Part shown: positions 62,453 through 64,000 of the stretch, one piece after another
How positions within the stretch are numbered: position 1 is the first letter of the stretch
Layout of the letters: each line of letters begins with the position of its first letter
From: Iphione sp. A-MEVVRFRX5
Lineage: Eukaryota
Assembly (NCBI GenBank): GCA_976226885.1
Contig: OZ320320.1
Coordinates: 31,558,001 to 31,622,000 of the forward strand
Direction: 5' to 3'
Length of the DNA stretch: 64,000 bases
Translations under genes and position numbers: made by a program
The notes under the pieces: model-generated
Told to the model about the DNA's origin: nothing
Databases searched by the model: none
The model's input: the letters and a program-made list of their open reading frames with translations, nothing else

Positions 62453-63167
62453 ATGAGAGGGGAATATGAGAACATACAAATGTGGTGGGTGGTAGTGATA
62501 AACGGGAGTGAGAAAATAGAAAAACGCAATCGTGATGACGAAATGGTTGCAGGATGTGACAAGTTTGAAGATGAGAAAGAGGACAGGATTAGGGGAAAAA
62601 GCGGGATTAGGCCACCTACAATGCATAGGCAATAGAGTACATGTATATATATATATTCTCGTAATATTTGGAAGACATAAGAGAAGAAAGACGCATGGCA
62701 AGAAAACGAAAGAGTATCAGTATGGAAGAATATGTAGATGTAGCCTCCTAAATTTGTAGAAGCTTATTGATGCAGAACTGGTCCAATATACATGTAGCGC
62801 ATGTTATGTTATGAGAGGGGAATATGAGAACATACAAATGTGGTGGGTGGTAGTAATAAACGGGAGCGAGAAAATAGAAAAACCCAATCATGATAACAAA
62901 ATGGTTGCAGGATGTGACAAGTTCGAAGATGAGAAAGAGGACAGGATTAGGGGAAAAAGCGGGATTAGGCCACCTACAATACATAGGCAATAGAGTACAT
63001 GTATATATATATATTCTCGTAATATTTGGAAGACATAAGAGAAGAAAAGACGCATGGCAAGAAAAACGAAAGAGTATCAGTATGAAAGAATATGTAGATG
63101 TAGCCTCCTAAATTTGTAGAAGCTTATTGATGCAGAACCGGTCCAATATACATGTAGCGCATGTTAT
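62453..63167 (+). repeat. Tandem duplication, 2 copies of about 358-360 bp
   Basis: 62453-62810 and 62811-63167 align end to end with only scattered substitutions and two 1-nt A insertions. The ORF track shows near-identical peptides in both copies. Confidence 0.95.
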
Positions 63168-64000
63168 ATATCCATTGAAGGAAAATAAAAAGGACATGTG
63201 ATAGGGAGGGGAAGCTGCAGATAGCAAACGACATGGAGGTAGGTGTATAGGTCTACATGGTATTGATCAGATATGAAATCATCGAATACTCCAATTAAAT
63301 TGTGAACGCTTGCAATAAAGATGAGAATCTTTGAAATACCTCTTGGTTGTTCAGAATCACTCTCATTTCATGGCTCTTAAAGGCAAGCGTTTTTATCCTC
63401 CTATGCTAATAAACAAATATGAAATCAAAAGGCTCTGGGCACTATCCCTATTGGCATTGCAGTTAATGCATTATTTATCCGTCGGAGTTTTTCTTCGCAC
63501 GCATTTCGCTCCTGGTTAGCTGGCTGATTCACAGACCATGAAGGAACTGGTTCAATACGACATGACAGTCATTTTAACAAACACACTTCTCTCTTGTCGC
63601 CCTTTCTTTAATTAATTCTGATGTTTTTACTCTTTTCCGACGGTCATGGTTTATGCATGCAGTTGTTGGCCGCAACTTTAGTCTTGTTTTAGCTCAGGTA
63701 GACGATAGTTCCGGGATGAAGGTTTTCCCGATGCTTAGTGTCTGAATCAAAGACTAATGTTGCATTCTTAGAGTAGGGATGACGGCACAGTGGTGTTTCA
63801 GACTGGTACCCTGCCCTGTAGGTCAGGGCAGTGTGCCTGGTGTTGAGGTGAAAGACAGTGAATTTCTGTCTTTGAGCTATAGTCACATCAAAATTATTTG
63901 GCATTGTTTTTAATGCTGGTTCTGACATTATGATGAGCACACATGTAGAACTACCTATAGATGAAGTGCCTATGTCAAAGGTATCATTAGTATGTTTTCA

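Noticed and set aside
1-64000. Remaining short ORFs in the track, and prokaryote-type features (CRISPR arrays, operons, rRNA, tRNA)
   Set aside because: The short ORFs are low-complexity or chance frames. I saw no regularly spaced repeat-spacer array, rRNA or tRNA cloverleaf; the DNA is eukaryotic and intron-rich.

Overview
Animal genomic DNA, probably arthropod-type (inferred from gene type, intron size and abundant microsatellites; the species cannot be determined). (1) The minus strand carries six GT-AG exons (45095 to 10318; 968 nt, 322 codons after the split first codon). They splice in frame into the amino-terminal (LIVBP-like) domain of a kainate-type ionotropic glutamate receptor, and one intron is 27,186 nt long. 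I could not find the signal-peptide exon or the ligand-binding and channel exons in the window. (2) The plus strand carries a near full-length non-LTR retrotransposon of the CR1/L2-like group (about 47200-53801). Its ORF2 (APE + RT, 948 aa) is uninterrupted and is followed by a 3' stem-loop, AATAAA and an A14 tail. Its ORF1 region is the most unusual part of the window. It reads disordered N-terminus, coiled coil, RRM/CTD, then a NADAR (YbiA-like, ADP-ribose/N-glycosidase family) domain, then, in the same frame behind one TAA, an SGNH esterase with a complete catalytic triad. A 1-nt frameshift, best placed in an A6 run, separates the RRM from the CTD-NADAR part. The rest is intronic or intergenic: decayed LINE fragments, microsatellites, a 358-360 bp tandem duplication, CpG-rich promoter-like patches and degenerate tandem copies of one splice acceptor. 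All domain calls come from motif recognition by eye; no database search was run.
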